From positions 1,040 through 65,039 of the forward strand of contig JABBNW010000002.1 in NCBI GenBank assembly GCA_019352115.1: a stretch of DNA of 64,000 nt, in the 5' to 3' direction. The position numbers and the translations under genes were made by a program. This DNA comes from Pseudomonadota bacterium. GTDB taxonomy: Bacteria; Pseudomonadota; Alphaproteobacteria; Acetobacterales; Acetobacteraceae. This document shows positions 1 through 9,194 of this stretch, in pieces (positions within the stretch are counted from its first letter, which is position 1; each line of letters starts with the position of its first letter). Under the pieces are notes generated by a model. It was not told the origin of the DNA. It saw nothing but the letters and a program-made list of their open reading frames with translations, and did no database searches.

Positions 1-1141
1 AGCCCAGCACGAGTTCGAATACGCCCAGCAGTACCGACGGCGTGCCGGTGCCGGCGAGCCCGAGCAGCACGAAGCCCGCGAGCGCCGCGCCCACGCCGAC
101 CACCATGATGGCCTTCATCTTGCCGCGCCGGCGCGCGAGTGACCCCGCGAACCAGGCGCCGGCACAGTTCGACGCCAGGAACGGTGCCACCAGGAACCCC
201 GATACGCCGGCGTCGACGCCGCGCACCAACTGGAAGAACAGCGGCAGCAGGAACGTGCCGGCGAACAGCGCGAAGGCGCCGAAGAACGCGATGGCGACCC
301 CGCGCACGAACACCGGGTTCACGAACAGCCGCGGTGGCATCAGCGCATCGCGCACCCGCCGCTCGTGCTGCGCCAGCACCGCCAGCAGCACGAGAGCGAG
401 CGCGGTGGTGGCAAGCAAGGGCGGCGCGGTCCACGGCATTTCCACCCCGCCCCAGCTCAGCACGAGGAGCAGGGCGCTTACCGCGCCGGTGAGCAGGGTC
501 GCGCCGATCCAGTCGATCCGGGCCTTGCCGCCATGCGGTTGCAGCAGCCGCAGCGCGCGCGAACAGAGCAGCATCGCGACCAGCGCCAGCGGCAGGTTGA
601 GCCAGAAAATCCAGCGCCAGGTGAGCGCATCGGTGATCCAGCCGCCGACGACCGGCCCGGCGACCGAGGCGACGCCCCAGGTGGAGGCCATATAGCCCTG
701 ATAGCGCCCGCGCTCGCGCGGACTGACCACCGCGGCGATCGAGGCCTGCGCCACCGCCATCAGACCCGCGCCGCCGATCCCCTGCACCGCGCGAGCCCCG
801 ACGAGCTGCCAAAGACTGCCCGCAAGCGCGCACAGGACCGAGCCCGCGCCGAACACCGCGAGCGCCACCAGCAGCGGCTTGCGCGGGCCGTAGATGTCGG
901 AAAGCTTGCCGTAGACCGGCGTCATCGCGGTGGATGTCAGCAGATAGGCCGAGACGATCCAGGCGAGATGGTTGAACCCGTGCAGGTCGGCGGCCATCGC
1001 CGGCACCGCCGGGATCACGACCGTCTGGTCGATCGCGGCGAGGAAGATGCAGAGCAGGATGCCGCTCAGGACGGTGAGGATCTGCTGATGGGTGAAGCGT
1101 ACCGGGGCCGCATCCTCGATCTGCGCCGCATTCGTCTGCAT
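1..1141 (-). CDS. MFS transporter, DHA2 (EmrB/QacA-like) family; 3' end runs off the left edge of the window
   Basis: This gene is absent from the ORF track because it has no stop codon inside the window. My own reverse-strand translation from ATG 1141-1139 gives MQTNAAQIEDAAPVRFTHQQILTVLSGILLCIFLAAIDQTVVIPAVPAMAADL...YGKLSDIYGPRKPLLVALAVFGAGSVLCALAGSLWQLVGARAVQGIGGAG... It has DHA2-type motifs and continuous hydrophobic segments over ~380 codons. Confidence 0.8.
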   Translation of the reverse strand, partial: MQTNAAQIEDAAPVRFTHQQILTVLSGILLCIFLAAIDQTVVIPAVPAMAADLHGFNHLAWIVSAYLLTSTAMTPVYGKLSDIYGPRKPLLVALAVFGAGSVLCALAGSLWQLVGARAVQGIGGAGLMAVAQASIAAVVSPRERGRYQGYMASTWGVASVAGPVVGGWITDALTWRWIFWLNLPLALVAMLLCSRALRLLQPHGGKARIDWIGATLLTGAVSALLLVLSWGGVEMPWTAPPLLATTALALVLLAVLAQHERRVRDALMPPRLFVNPVFVRGVAIAFFGAFALFAGTFLLPLFFQLVRGVDAGVSGFLVAPFLASNCAGAWFAGSLARRRGKMKAIMVVGVGAALAGFVLLGLAGTGTPSVLLGVFELVLG

Positions 1142-1374
1142 GCCTGTCCCCGCTCCGTCGCCGGCGCCCGTTGCCGGGCGCGCCCACCTGCGCGCGCCGC
1201 GGCGAGGGCGCCGCGGAACGCTTCCGGAGAAGCCTACCGCAGTGCAGCATGAATCGGCTAAGGCGCGCGCTCAACTCTGCTGCGCGTGCGAAGCGCGGGG
1301 CGGGCCGGTCGGACGCGGCGCCGTGGTCTCGGGGTGGGGCCGCGGGCGATCGTCTTCGGCGGGCAGCGGCGCCC

Positions 1375-3663
1375 CTACCGCGCCACCGCCTGGTACGCCC
1401 CCAGGCAGGCCATATCCACCACCTGGCTGACCGAGGCGTTCATCGGCAGGATCTGCACCGGGTGCGTCAGTCCGATCAGCACCGGGCCGATCGTGCTGCC
1501 CTCCGCCATCTTCGGCGCCAGCCGCGCCGTGATGTGTGCCGAATGCAGCCCCGGCATCACCAGCACGTTCGCCGGTCCCGTGAGGCGGCAGAACGGATAG
1601 AGCGCCCGCAATTCGGGCTCCAGCGCCACATCCGGGCTCATCTCGCCGTCGTATTCGAAATCGACCTTGCGGCGGTCGAGGATCTCCACCGCCTCGGCCA
1701 TCACCGCCGCGGCCGAGTGCATCGCCGCGCCGAAGGTCGTATGCGACAGCAGCGCCACGCGGGGTTCGTGGCCCAGGTGGCGGGCGGTGCGCGCGGCGCC
1801 GATCGCGATCTCGGCCAGTTGCTCCGCGCTGGGGCGGAAATGGATCATCGAATCGGCAATGAACAGGGTGCGTCCGCGCAACCCCACCAGCATCGACACG
1901 CCGAACGCGATCCCGCCCGGCTGCGGATCGATCGCATGGCCGATGTCTTCCAGGCACACCTGGGTCGAACGGGTGAGGCCGGTCACCATCGCGTCGGCGT
2001 CGCCGGTCGCGACCATGCAGGCGGCGAAGACGTTGCGGTCCTGGTTGACCATGCGCTGGCAGTCGCGCGCGAGGAAGCCGCGTCGTTGCAGCCGTCCGTA
2101 CAGGAATTCCATGTACTTCGCGTTGGCGCCGGACAGCCGCGCGTTGTGGATCTCGATCCCCTCGATCAGCCCGAGCCCGAGACCCGCCATCGTCGTGCGC
2201 ACCCGGTCTTCGCGGCCGATCAGCACCGGGGTGCCGTAGCCGGCGTTGCGGAACGCGACCGCCGCGCGCACGACTTTTTCCTCCTCGCCCTCCGCGAACA
2301 CGACCCGCTTGGGATTGGCACGCACGCTTTCCTGCATGCGATCGAGCGCGCCGGCGGTGGGATCGAGCCGGCCCGACAATTCGCGTGCGTAGCGGCGCAG
2401 GTCGGCCATCGGCTTGCGCGCCACCCCGCTGTCGATCGCGGCCTTGGCGACGGCCGGCGCGACCCAGGAGATCAGCCGCGGATCGAACGCGTTCGGGATG
2501 ATGTACTCGGGACCGAAGCTCAACCGCTGGCCGGCCGAGGCGTTGTGCACCTCATCGGGAACGTCTTCGCGCGCCAGTCGCGCCAGGGCCTCGGCGGCGG
2601 CGATCTTCATCGCGTCGTTGATGGTGCTGGCGCGCACGTCGAGCGCGCCGCGGAAGATGTAGGGGAACCCGAGGACGTTGTTCACCTGGTTCGGATAGTC
2701 GCTGCGCCCGGTGGCGATGATCGCCTTCGGGCTGACGGCGCGGGCTTCTTCCGGCGTGATCTCGGGGTCCGGGTTGGCCATCGCGAAGATGATTGGCTGA
2801 TCGGCCATCTGGCGGACCATGTCCTGTGTCAGCGCGCCCTTGGCCGAAAGGCCGAACACCACGTCCGCGCCGTCCAAGGCTTCGGCCAGGGTGCGCGCGC
2901 GGGTGTTGGCGGCGTGCGCGGATTTCCACTGGTTCATGCCGGACTGGCGGCCCTGGTAGACCACGCCCTTGGTGTCGCACAGAATGACGTGATCGGGATG
3001 CAGCCCCATCGCCTTCAGCAACTCGACGCAGGCGATCGCCGCAGCGCCGGCGCCGTTGACCACCAGCTTCGTCTCGCGCAGATCGCGCCCGGTCAGATGG
3101 CAGGCATTGATCAGACCGGCCGCGGCGACGATTGCGGTGCCATGCTGGTCGTCGTGGAAGACGGGAATGTCCATCAACTCGCGCAGCCGCTGCTCAATCA
3201 CGAAGCACTCGGGCGCCTTGATGTCTTCCAGATTGATGCCGCCGAAGCCGGGGCCGAGGTAACGCACCGCGCCCACGAACGCATCGATGTCCTCGGTGCC
3301 CACTTCCAGGTCGATGCCGTCGATGTCGGCGAAGCGCTTGAACAGCGCGACCTTGCCCTCCATCACCGGCTTGGACGCCAGCGCGCCCAGGTTACCGAGG
3401 CCGAGCACGGCGGTCCCGTTGGAAATCACCGCCACCATGTTGCCCTTGGTGGTGTAATCGTAGGCGAGCGCCGGGTCGGCGGCGATGCGCAGGCAGGGCT
3501 CGGCAACACCGGGCGAATACGCCAGCGATAGATCCCGCGCAGTAGTGATCGGCTTGCTGATCCGGGTTTCGAGTTTCCCCGGTCGGCCGGACGCATGCAG
3601 CGCCAGCGCCTCCTCCACGGAGATGCGCGCGGTACGGGTGTCGAGGCTGCCGCCGTCGGCCAT
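1375..3663 (-). CDS. maeB: NADP-dependent malic enzyme (malic enzyme domains fused to a phosphate-acetyltransferase-like C-terminal domain)
   Basis: Track ORF 1375..3750. The start is moved to ATG 3663 ([23 protein letters not shown]...), which is preceded by GGGAGGGG. It carries [28 protein letters not shown] and [11 protein letters not shown] motifs, followed by a ~330-aa PTA-like domain. Confidence 0.9.
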   Translation of the reverse strand: MADGGSLDTRTARISVEEALALHASGRPGKLETRISKPITTARDLSLAYSPGVAEPCLRIAADPALAYDYTTKGNMVAVISNGTAVLGLGNLGALASKPVMEGKVALFKRFADIDGIDLEVGTEDIDAFVGAVRYLGPGFGGINLEDIKAPECFVIEQRLRELMDIPVFHDDQHGTAIVAAAGLINACHLTGRDLRETKLVVNGAGAAAIACVELLKAMGLHPDHVILCDTKGVVYQGRQSGMNQWKSAHAANTRARTLAEALDGADVVFGLSAKGALTQDMVRQMADQPIIFAMANPDPEITPEEARAVSPKAIIATGRSDYPNQVNNVLGFPYIFRGALDVRASTINDAMKIAAAEALARLAREDVPDEVHNASAGQRLSFGPEYIIPNAFDPRLISWVAPAVAKAAIDSGVARKPMADLRRYARELSGRLDPTAGALDRMQESVRANPKRVVFAEGEEEKVVRAAVAFRNAGYGTPVLIGREDRVRTTMAGLGLGLIEGIEIHNARLSGANAKYMEFLYGRLQRRGFLARDCQRMVNQDRNVFAACMVATGDADAMVTGLTRSTQVCLEDIGHAIDPQPGGIAFGVSMLVGLRGRTLFIADSMIHFRPSAEQLAEIAIGAARTARHLGHEPRVALLSHTTFGAAMHSAAAVMAEAVEILDRRKVDFEYDGEMSPDVALEPELRALYPFCRLTGPANVLVMPGLHSAHITARLAPKMAEGSTIGPVLIGLTHPVQILPMNASVSQVVDMACLGAYQAVAR

Positions 3664-3812
3664 CTGGTTTGTCCCCTCCCAAGGGCCACGTTGATTCAAC
3701 TTGGTGCCCATCATGCGGCTTCCGGGGAGCCGTGGGAAGCCCGGCGACATTCGCCATGTCTCGCACGCAGGGCAGGCTTGCCCACCGTCCGCGCAGGCGG
3801 CACCCTGGCCCG

Positions 3813-4859
3813 ATGACCGACCGTCTCGTCACCGCCATCGGCGCCTTTGCCCTCCCCAACCCGATCATCTGCGGCTCCGGAGAGCCGGTGATCACCGAGG
3901 CCGGCATAAGGGCGGCGCTCGCGGCCGGCGCGGCCGGCGTGATCGCCAAATCGGTCAACGAACGACCGGAGGGCGCGGCGCAGCTCGACCGCGCGGCCTA
4001 CGCCTTCCTAGCGGCCGATCACCGCGCGGATCCCGACGGGGCCGACCTGTTCTGCCGCTCGGGGCTGGCACCTTACGAGCCGGCGGCGTGGTTCGCCCGG
4101 CTCGCGGCGCTGGACACGGAGGCAGCGGCGACCAGCCGCTTCGTGGCCGCCAGTCTGGTGCTCGCGGGTCACGACGGCGCGGTGCGTATCGCCGGCCTCG
4201 CCCGCGCCGCCGGGCTGCGGGTGTTCGAGCTAAATGTCGGCGCCCCGCATGCGGCCGAGGCGGCGGCCGGCGCAATCGCCCAGGAAAACGACCCCGCCGC
4301 CCTGGCAATCCTGGTGGGAAGGGTGCGTGCGGCAACGCCGGGGATGCAGCTCTGGGTCAAGCTCACCGGGCTGTCGGCGAACCTGCCGGCTTTGGCACGG
4401 GCGGCGGCGGAGGCCGGGGCCGACGCCGTGGTGATGATGGGCCGGTTCATGGCGCTGGTCCCCGACCTCGATACGCTTGCCCCGGTGCTCGGCACGGCCG
4501 GGGCCTATGGCGGGCCGTGGGCGCTGCCGATCGTCTGCCGCTTCCTGGCCGACAGCCGGCGTGCGGTCGGGCCGGGGTTTCCGTTGCTGGGGACGAACGG
4601 GGCGCGCACCGGGGCGGATGTGGCGCGGCTGGCGCTCGCCGGAGCCTCGGCGGTCGAGGTGCTGTCGGTGGTGATGCGCGACGGCTTCGGCGCGCTCACC
4701 CGCATCCTCGCCGATCTCGACGCACTGCTGACAACCCGCGGCCTGACCTTCGCGGCCCTGATCGGGCGCGCGGCCGACGCGCAGCAGGGCTACGCCGCGC
4801 AGTCCCGGGTCACTGCGCGCTGGCGGGCGTTCGTGCCGCCGGAGACGCTGGCGGAATAG
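3813..4859 (+). CDS. Dihydroorotate/dihydropyrimidine dehydrogenase-fold (FMN TIM-barrel) family protein, atypical active site
   Basis: Lies within track ORF 3669..4859, starting at ATG 3813 (MTDRLVTAIGAFALPNPIICGSGEP...). It has the DHOD/PreA-like N-terminus and a C-terminal LLGTNGARTGADVARLALAGASAVEV block. The usual N-x-S-C-P-[NH] catalytic loop reads NVGAPH here (4233-4250). Confidence 0.6.
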   Translation: MTDRLVTAIGAFALPNPIICGSGEPVITEAGIRAALAAGAAGVIAKSVNERPEGAAQLDRAAYAFLAADHRADPDGADLFCRSGLAPYEPAAWFARLAALDTEAAATSRFVAASLVLAGHDGAVRIAGLARAAGLRVFELNVGAPHAAEAAAGAIAQENDPAALAILVGRVRAATPGMQLWVKLTGLSANLPALARAAAEAGADAVVMMGRFMALVPDLDTLAPVLGTAGAYGGPWALPIVCRFLADSRRAVGPGFPLLGTNGARTGADVARLALAGASAVEVLSVVMRDGFGALTRILADLDALLTTRGLTFAALIGRAADAQQGYAAQSRVTARWRAFVPPETLAE

Positions 4860-6390
4860 CCGCCGCCGGCTGGTCCGGCCCGGCCACCGGGAAGCTGTTT
4901 TGCCAGCCGCCGCCGAGTGCCTTGTACAGCGCCACCAGGTTGGTGGAGACGGTGGTGGTGCTCTGCGCCAACTGCTGCTGCGCCGACAGCAGGCTGCGTT
5001 CGGTATCGAGCACGGTGAGGAAGTCGGCCACGCCTTCCCTGTAGCGGCTCTGCGCCAGCACCAGCGCGCGGCGGTTCTCTGCCACCGCGTCGATCAGTTG
5101 CGCGCGCCGCAACTGCTCGTCCTGGTAGGCGGTGAGCGCGTTCGCCACCTCATGCCAGGCCGAGAGCACGGTCTTCTCGTACGAAATCGCCGCTTCCTGC
5201 TGCTGTGCCTTGCGCAGGTGCAGGGTGTATTTCAGTTGCCCGCCCTGGAAGATCGGGATGGTGAAGCCGGGGCCGGCGTCGTACTGGCGCGCGTCCCATT
5301 TCCACAGATTGCCGAAGGTCAGCGCCTGGAAGCCGAAGCTCGCGGACAGGGTGACGGAGGGATAGAAGCTCGCCACCGCGACGCCGACCGTGGCGGTGGC
5401 GGCGTGCAGCTTCGCCTCCGCCTCCAGGATGTCGGGGCGGCGTCGGACCAACTCGGACGGGAAGCCCACCGGCACTTCGGGCGGCACGGGCGGCACCGGG
5501 CGCGGCACCGCGAGTTCCACCTCCAGCGCGTTCGGCGGGCGGCCGAGCAGCAGGGACAGGGCGTTGATCTCCTGGGTTTCCTGCTGCTGCAACTGCGGAA
5601 TCTGCGCCGCGGTAATGCTCACCTGGGCCGAGGCGTTGGCGACATCCAGATCGGTCGTCACGCCGGCGGCGGCCTGCTCCTGAGTCAGCTTCAGGCTCTG
5701 GTGTGCGGTGCGCAGATTCTCGCGCGCGATGTGCAACTGCTCCTGGGTGCCGCGCAGGTCGATGTAGTCGCGCGCCACCTCGGCGAGCGCGGTCAGGAGC
5801 GCTCCGCGCCTGGCGTCGGCCGAGGCGCGCACCGTCTCCCGCGCGGCTTCCATCTCGCGTTTGACCTTGCCCCAGATGTCGGGTTCCCAGGAGGCGTCGA
5901 ACCCGTCCTGGAAGATGTCGAAGGCGTGGAAATTGGTGGGTGTCTTGGGTGCTCCGGCCACCTGGCCGTAGCTGCCGGACGCGCCCGCGGCCAGGGCGCC
6001 GATCGGAGAGAGCTGGCCCACGTTGCTGGATTTGAAGCGCTGGTAGCTGCCGTTGGCGTTGAACACCGGGTAGCGCCCGGCGCCGGTAATGCCGAGTTCG
6101 GCACGCGATTCGGCCAGCCGGATGGTCGCGGTGCGTACGTCGAGGTTGTCCGCCGCCACCTGGCGTTCCAGCCGGGTCAGCACCGGGTCGTTGAACAGCG
6201 ACCACCAGGCGACACGCACTGGCGCCACCATTGGCACGCTCGGCACCGGCTGCGCCGGCTTCGGCGAGCCGGTCAGCCACGAAAGCGGCGAGGCCCAGCC
6301 AGGACGGTGGAAATTCGGCCCGACCGTGCAGCCGCCCAGCAGGGCAAGCAGCGGCAAGGCGCGGGCGAGCGTCGCGGCAGGCTTCGGCAT
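4810..6390 (-). CDS. RND/MFS efflux outer-membrane lipoprotein, NodT family
   Basis: Track ORF 4810..6717, with the start moved to ATG 6390 (MPKPAATLARALPLLALLGGCTVGPNF). That start gives a lipobox, LLGGC. The rest is two OEP-type repeats ending ...TNLVALYKALGGGW. Its 3' end overlaps the convergent gene at 3813..4859 by 50 nt. Confidence 0.85.
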   Translation of the reverse strand: MPKPAATLARALPLLALLGGCTVGPNFHRPGWASPLSWLTGSPKPAQPVPSVPMVAPVRVAWWSLFNDPVLTRLERQVAADNLDVRTATIRLAESRAELGITGAGRYPVFNANGSYQRFKSSNVGQLSPIGALAAGASGSYGQVAGAPKTPTNFHAFDIFQDGFDASWEPDIWGKVKREMEAARETVRASADARRGALLTALAEVARDYIDLRGTQEQLHIARENLRTAHQSLKLTQEQAAAGVTTDLDVANASAQVSITAAQIPQLQQQETQEINALSLLLGRPPNALEVELAVPRPVPPVPPEVPVGFPSELVRRRPDILEAEAKLHAATATVGVAVASFYPSVTLSASFGFQALTFGNLWKWDARQYDAGPGFTIPIFQGGQLKYTLHLRKAQQQEAAISYEKTVLSAWHEVANALTAYQDEQLRRAQLIDAVAENRRALVLAQSRYREGVADFLTVLDTERSLLSAQQQLAQSTTTVSTNLVALYKALGGGWQNSFPVAGPDQPAAAIPPASPAARTPASAQ

Positions 6391-6520
6391 CCGATCCAAC
6401 TCCGGTACGGCGGGCGGAGGGATCAGACCCGGCCGCGGGGGGAAGTCAAGCCGGCGGCGGCGGCGCTGGCCATCGCCGCGGCTTCCCGTCCGCAAGGGGA
6501 CGGCCGGAAAGGGGATCGGC

Positions 6521-7300
6521 TCATGCCGGCTCGACCAGGGTTGCGCGCAGGCGGGCCAGCCGAGGCGGGTCCAGGCCCAGCCGCTCGGCGGCATAGGCCG
6601 CGAAGCTGCCATGCGCCGCGTCGATGGCCGTGAAGGCGGCGTCCAGCAGCGCGGCATCGACGCCGAGCAGGGCGGCGGCGAGGTCGGGCGGCAGGCCCGC
6701 CGCCATCTCCGCATCACCGCGCCAATGGGTGCGGGTCGCGAGGTAGTCCGCCGTCACCGTCTCCCGCGTCGCGCCGAGCGCGGTCAGGATCAGGGCCGCG
6801 GCGAAGCCGGTGCGGTCTTTGCCGGCGGAACAGTGGAACAGCAGCGGCGGCCCGGCGGGGTCGACCAGCAGGTCGAACAGCGTACGGTAGTGGTGCGACC
6901 AGTCGCTGGCATAGGCGACATAGGCTTGGCGCATCAGCGCCCGCGCCTGTGCCCCGGTCGCGTCAGCGCCCCCGGTTGCCAGGATGTCGCGTAGGCCGGC
7001 GCCGACGCTGGGCTCGATCGGCAGCGCGTGCTGCCGCACGCCGGGCAGGCGCGCGTGCGGGGTGGGGGCGGCGGCGGCCTCGGCCCGGCCGCGCAGGTCG
7101 CAGATGGTCGCGAGGCCGAGACCGGCCAGCCGCTCGGCGTCCGCCGCGGTGAGCCCGGCGAGAGCGGCGGCGCGGAACACGCGCCCGTGCCGCACTCGCC
7201 CGCCGGCAACCGGCCAGCCGCCGAGGTCGCGCAGGTTGGACACACCTTCCAGCACGATGGCGCGCGGCAGGTCCGGCGCCGGGACGGGTTCGGGGGGCAC
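6521..7300 (-). CDS. Protein-tyrosine phosphatase family protein
   Basis: A 259-aa ORF with a GTG start. It has the CX5R active-site loop FHCSAGKDRTG and the SNLRDLGG motif typical of the Tyr-phosphatase_3 group. Confidence 0.8.
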   Translation of the reverse strand: MPPEPVPAPDLPRAIVLEGVSNLRDLGGWPVAGGRVRHGRVFRAAALAGLTAADAERLAGLGLATICDLRGRAEAAAAPTPHARLPGVRQHALPIEPSVGAGLRDILATGGADATGAQARALMRQAYVAYASDWSHHYRTLFDLLVDPAGPPLLFHCSAGKDRTGFAAALILTALGATRETVTADYLATRTHWRGDAEMAAGLPPDLAAALLGVDAALLDAAFTAIDAAHGSFAAYAAERLGLDPPRLARLRATLVEPA

Positions 7301-7308
7301 CGGCGGGC

Positions 7309-8238
7309 CTACCGCTTCATCCCCTCGACCGCTTCGGCCAGGCGTTGCGGATCGACCCTGATCGCCACGCCGGCGCGTTCGGTCTGCAACTTCATCGCCA
7401 CGCGGGAATCCTGGTGCTGCCAGCCGCGATTCATCGCCTCGGTCATTTCGGCGTGGACCATGTTGGCGAGCCGCATCGGCACGCCCATCTCACGGCCCAG
7501 CGCGACGGCGAGCGAGACGTCCTTGTGCGCCAGTCGCAGCGCGAAGGCCGGCGGCTCGTACTGGTCGGGCAGGAACTGGTCTGGCATGGCATCGAACGCG
7601 CCGCGCCGGCCGATCGCGCCCTGGCGCACGGCTTCCCAGATCGCCAGCGGTTCGATCCCGGCCTTCACACCCATGGTGAACACTTCCGCCAGCCCGGTGG
7701 TCATGATGTAGCCGAACATGTTGTGCACGAGCTTGGCGACCGAGCCGGCGCCGATCGGGCCGACGTAGCGCGCCTGGTCGCCGATCGCGTCCAGGACGGG
7801 TTTCCACTGGTCGAACACCGCCTGCTCGCCGCCGACCCAAATCGCGAGCTTGCCGCTGGCCGCGCCCCTGGGCCCGCCGCTCACCGGCGCATCCAGCGCG
7901 TGCGCGCCCTTTTCGGCGAAGGCGGCGTGGATCTTGCGCATTGTACTGGGGGAATTGGTGGACAGATCGAACCAGGCCGCGCCGCGGCGCATCCCCCCGA
8001 GCAGCCCGCTCGGCCCGAGCGCTACGGCTTCCACCTCGGGCGGGCCGGGCAGGGAGGTGAATACCACCTCCGCCTGCGCTGCCACTGCTTCGGGCGTGTC
8101 GGCCCAGGTGGCGCCGGCGGCGAGGTGGGACGCGGCGGCCTGACGGAGGTCGCTCACCACAAGCTTATGGCCGGCCTTCTGCGCGTTGGCGGCCATGCTG
8201 GCGCCCATGGTGCCGAGCCCGATGAATCCGATCTGCAT
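7309..8238 (-). CDS. NAD(P)-dependent oxidoreductase, 3-hydroxyisobutyrate dehydrogenase / 2-hydroxy-3-oxopropionate reductase family
   Basis: Track ORF 7309..8295, with the start moved to ATG 8238 (MQIGFIGLGTMGASMA, a Rossmann motif), which is preceded by GGGGAAG. The C-terminal 6-PGDH-like helical domain is present. Confidence 0.8.
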   Translation of the reverse strand: MQIGFIGLGTMGASMAANAQKAGHKLVVSDLRQAAASHLAAGATWADTPEAVAAQAEVVFTSLPGPPEVEAVALGPSGLLGGMRRGAAWFDLSTNSPSTMRKIHAAFAEKGAHALDAPVSGGPRGAASGKLAIWVGGEQAVFDQWKPVLDAIGDQARYVGPIGAGSVAKLVHNMFGYIMTTGLAEVFTMGVKAGIEPLAIWEAVRQGAIGRRGAFDAMPDQFLPDQYEPPAFALRLAHKDVSLAVALGREMGVPMRLANMVHAEMTEAMNRGWQHQDSRVAMKLQTERAGVAIRVDPQRLAEAVEGMKR

Positions 8239-8550
8239 GACGTTCTTCCCCTTTTCGATCCCGGTCAGCCAAGGATCGCGCGTTGCGTGAGTCAAGAGAA
8301 GGGGCGTTTCCGGCCGGGCGGCGCGGTGGGTATGCTCACCGGATGCTTACTGGCAAGGCGGCGCGAAATGCTGGATGACAACGGTCTATGGCCCGCGGAA
8401 CGGTGATGATATCGGTTGCGATCGCGGCGCGGTCACCGCCGGCCGAGGGTAAAACCATGACGGAAGGTGGCAGAACATGATGTGCTCAGGGTTTGATGGA
8501 CAGGCATACCGTATCGTGTGCGGCGCCCCGGCCGGCGGGGGAGCGGTCCC

Positions 8551-8724
8551 ATGCTGAGGCTGGCGCTTCTCTTTCTCGTTATCTCGATCGTCGCGGCGAT
8601 CTTCGGGTTCGGCGGAATCGCCGCCGCTGCCGCGGGCATCGCGAAGATCTTGTTCTTCATCTTCGTCGTGCTGTTCGTGATCTTCCTGGTGCTCGCGCTG
8701 ATGGCCGGGAAGGCGATCTTCTAG
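8551..8724 (+). CDS. Small membrane protein, DUF1328/UPF0391 (YtjA-like)
   Basis: [57 protein letters not shown]. It has two TM helices and the FGFGGIA motif. ATG 8551 is preceded by GGGGGAG. Confidence 0.75.
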   Translation: MLRLALLFLVISIVAAIFGFGGIAAAAAGIAKILFFIFVVLFVIFLVLALMAGKAIF

Positions 8725-8959
8725 AGCGCTTGGTCCAGGTTGCCCTACGGGCTGGTCTTGCGATTGGTTGTCCGCACCGATCAGATGGGGGCGCGCCGGT
8801 TCGGTTGCCGCTCCCGCGTGGCGCGATTCCCTATCGCGGTCGCGACCATCCGGAATGGGCTCTGAACCCGACACGGCCGCAGCTGAAATCAGCGCAAAAA
8901 CCTATCGTGGCTGACATGTGGAGCCGACCAGGTTCTGGATCCTGCCTGCGACGCTCCCG

Positions 8960-8987
8960 TTGAAGCTGGCAGCATGCAGCCCCACGT
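8960..8987 (+). promoter_or_regulatory. Possible RpoH (sigma-32)-type promoter upstream of the FtsH-like gene
   Basis: TTGAA (8960-8964), then 15 nt, then CCCCACGT (8980-8987). This resembles the CTTGAA-N13-17-CCCCATNT consensus. It lies ~210 nt upstream of the ftsH start. It is a motif match only. Confidence 0.25.
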
Positions 8988-9194
8988 CCCACCTGCGCGT
9001 TCGGGCGGCGGCTAATCCCCGCCGCCCTGGCGTGCGGGCAGTCCGGCCTGGCGCGCGCGTTCACCGCGGCGAGCTCGTTCGCTCTGCTAATGGCCGAAGT
9101 TGTCGGATCGCTATCCCGATCCGATTCTTTCGCATGCGCACGACGTTCCGGGCCGGGACGCGATCCGGCCCACATGTTCGGCCAGGAGGCGTGC

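Noticed and set aside
1171-3531. Very long alternate-frame or antisense ORFs throughout the track. Examples are 1171..3531 +, 4900..6633 +, 9111..10925 -, 13124..15214 -, 15768..17585 -, 32736..35165 +, 53462..56578 + and 25885..27822 +.
   Set aside because: Their translations are Arg/Gly/Pro/Ala-rich low-complexity strings with no family motifs. Each lies opposite or out of frame to a gene with clear conserved motifs. Stop-poor frames are expected at about 70% G+C.
1-6390. A tripartite efflux pump assembled from the DHA2 MFS gene at the left edge, the NodT lipoprotein (4810..6390) and the EmrA-like gene (50690..51793).
   Set aside because: The MFS and NodT genes are separated by maeB and a DHOD-like gene, and the EmrA-like gene is 45 kb away. 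There is no evidence in the window that they work together.
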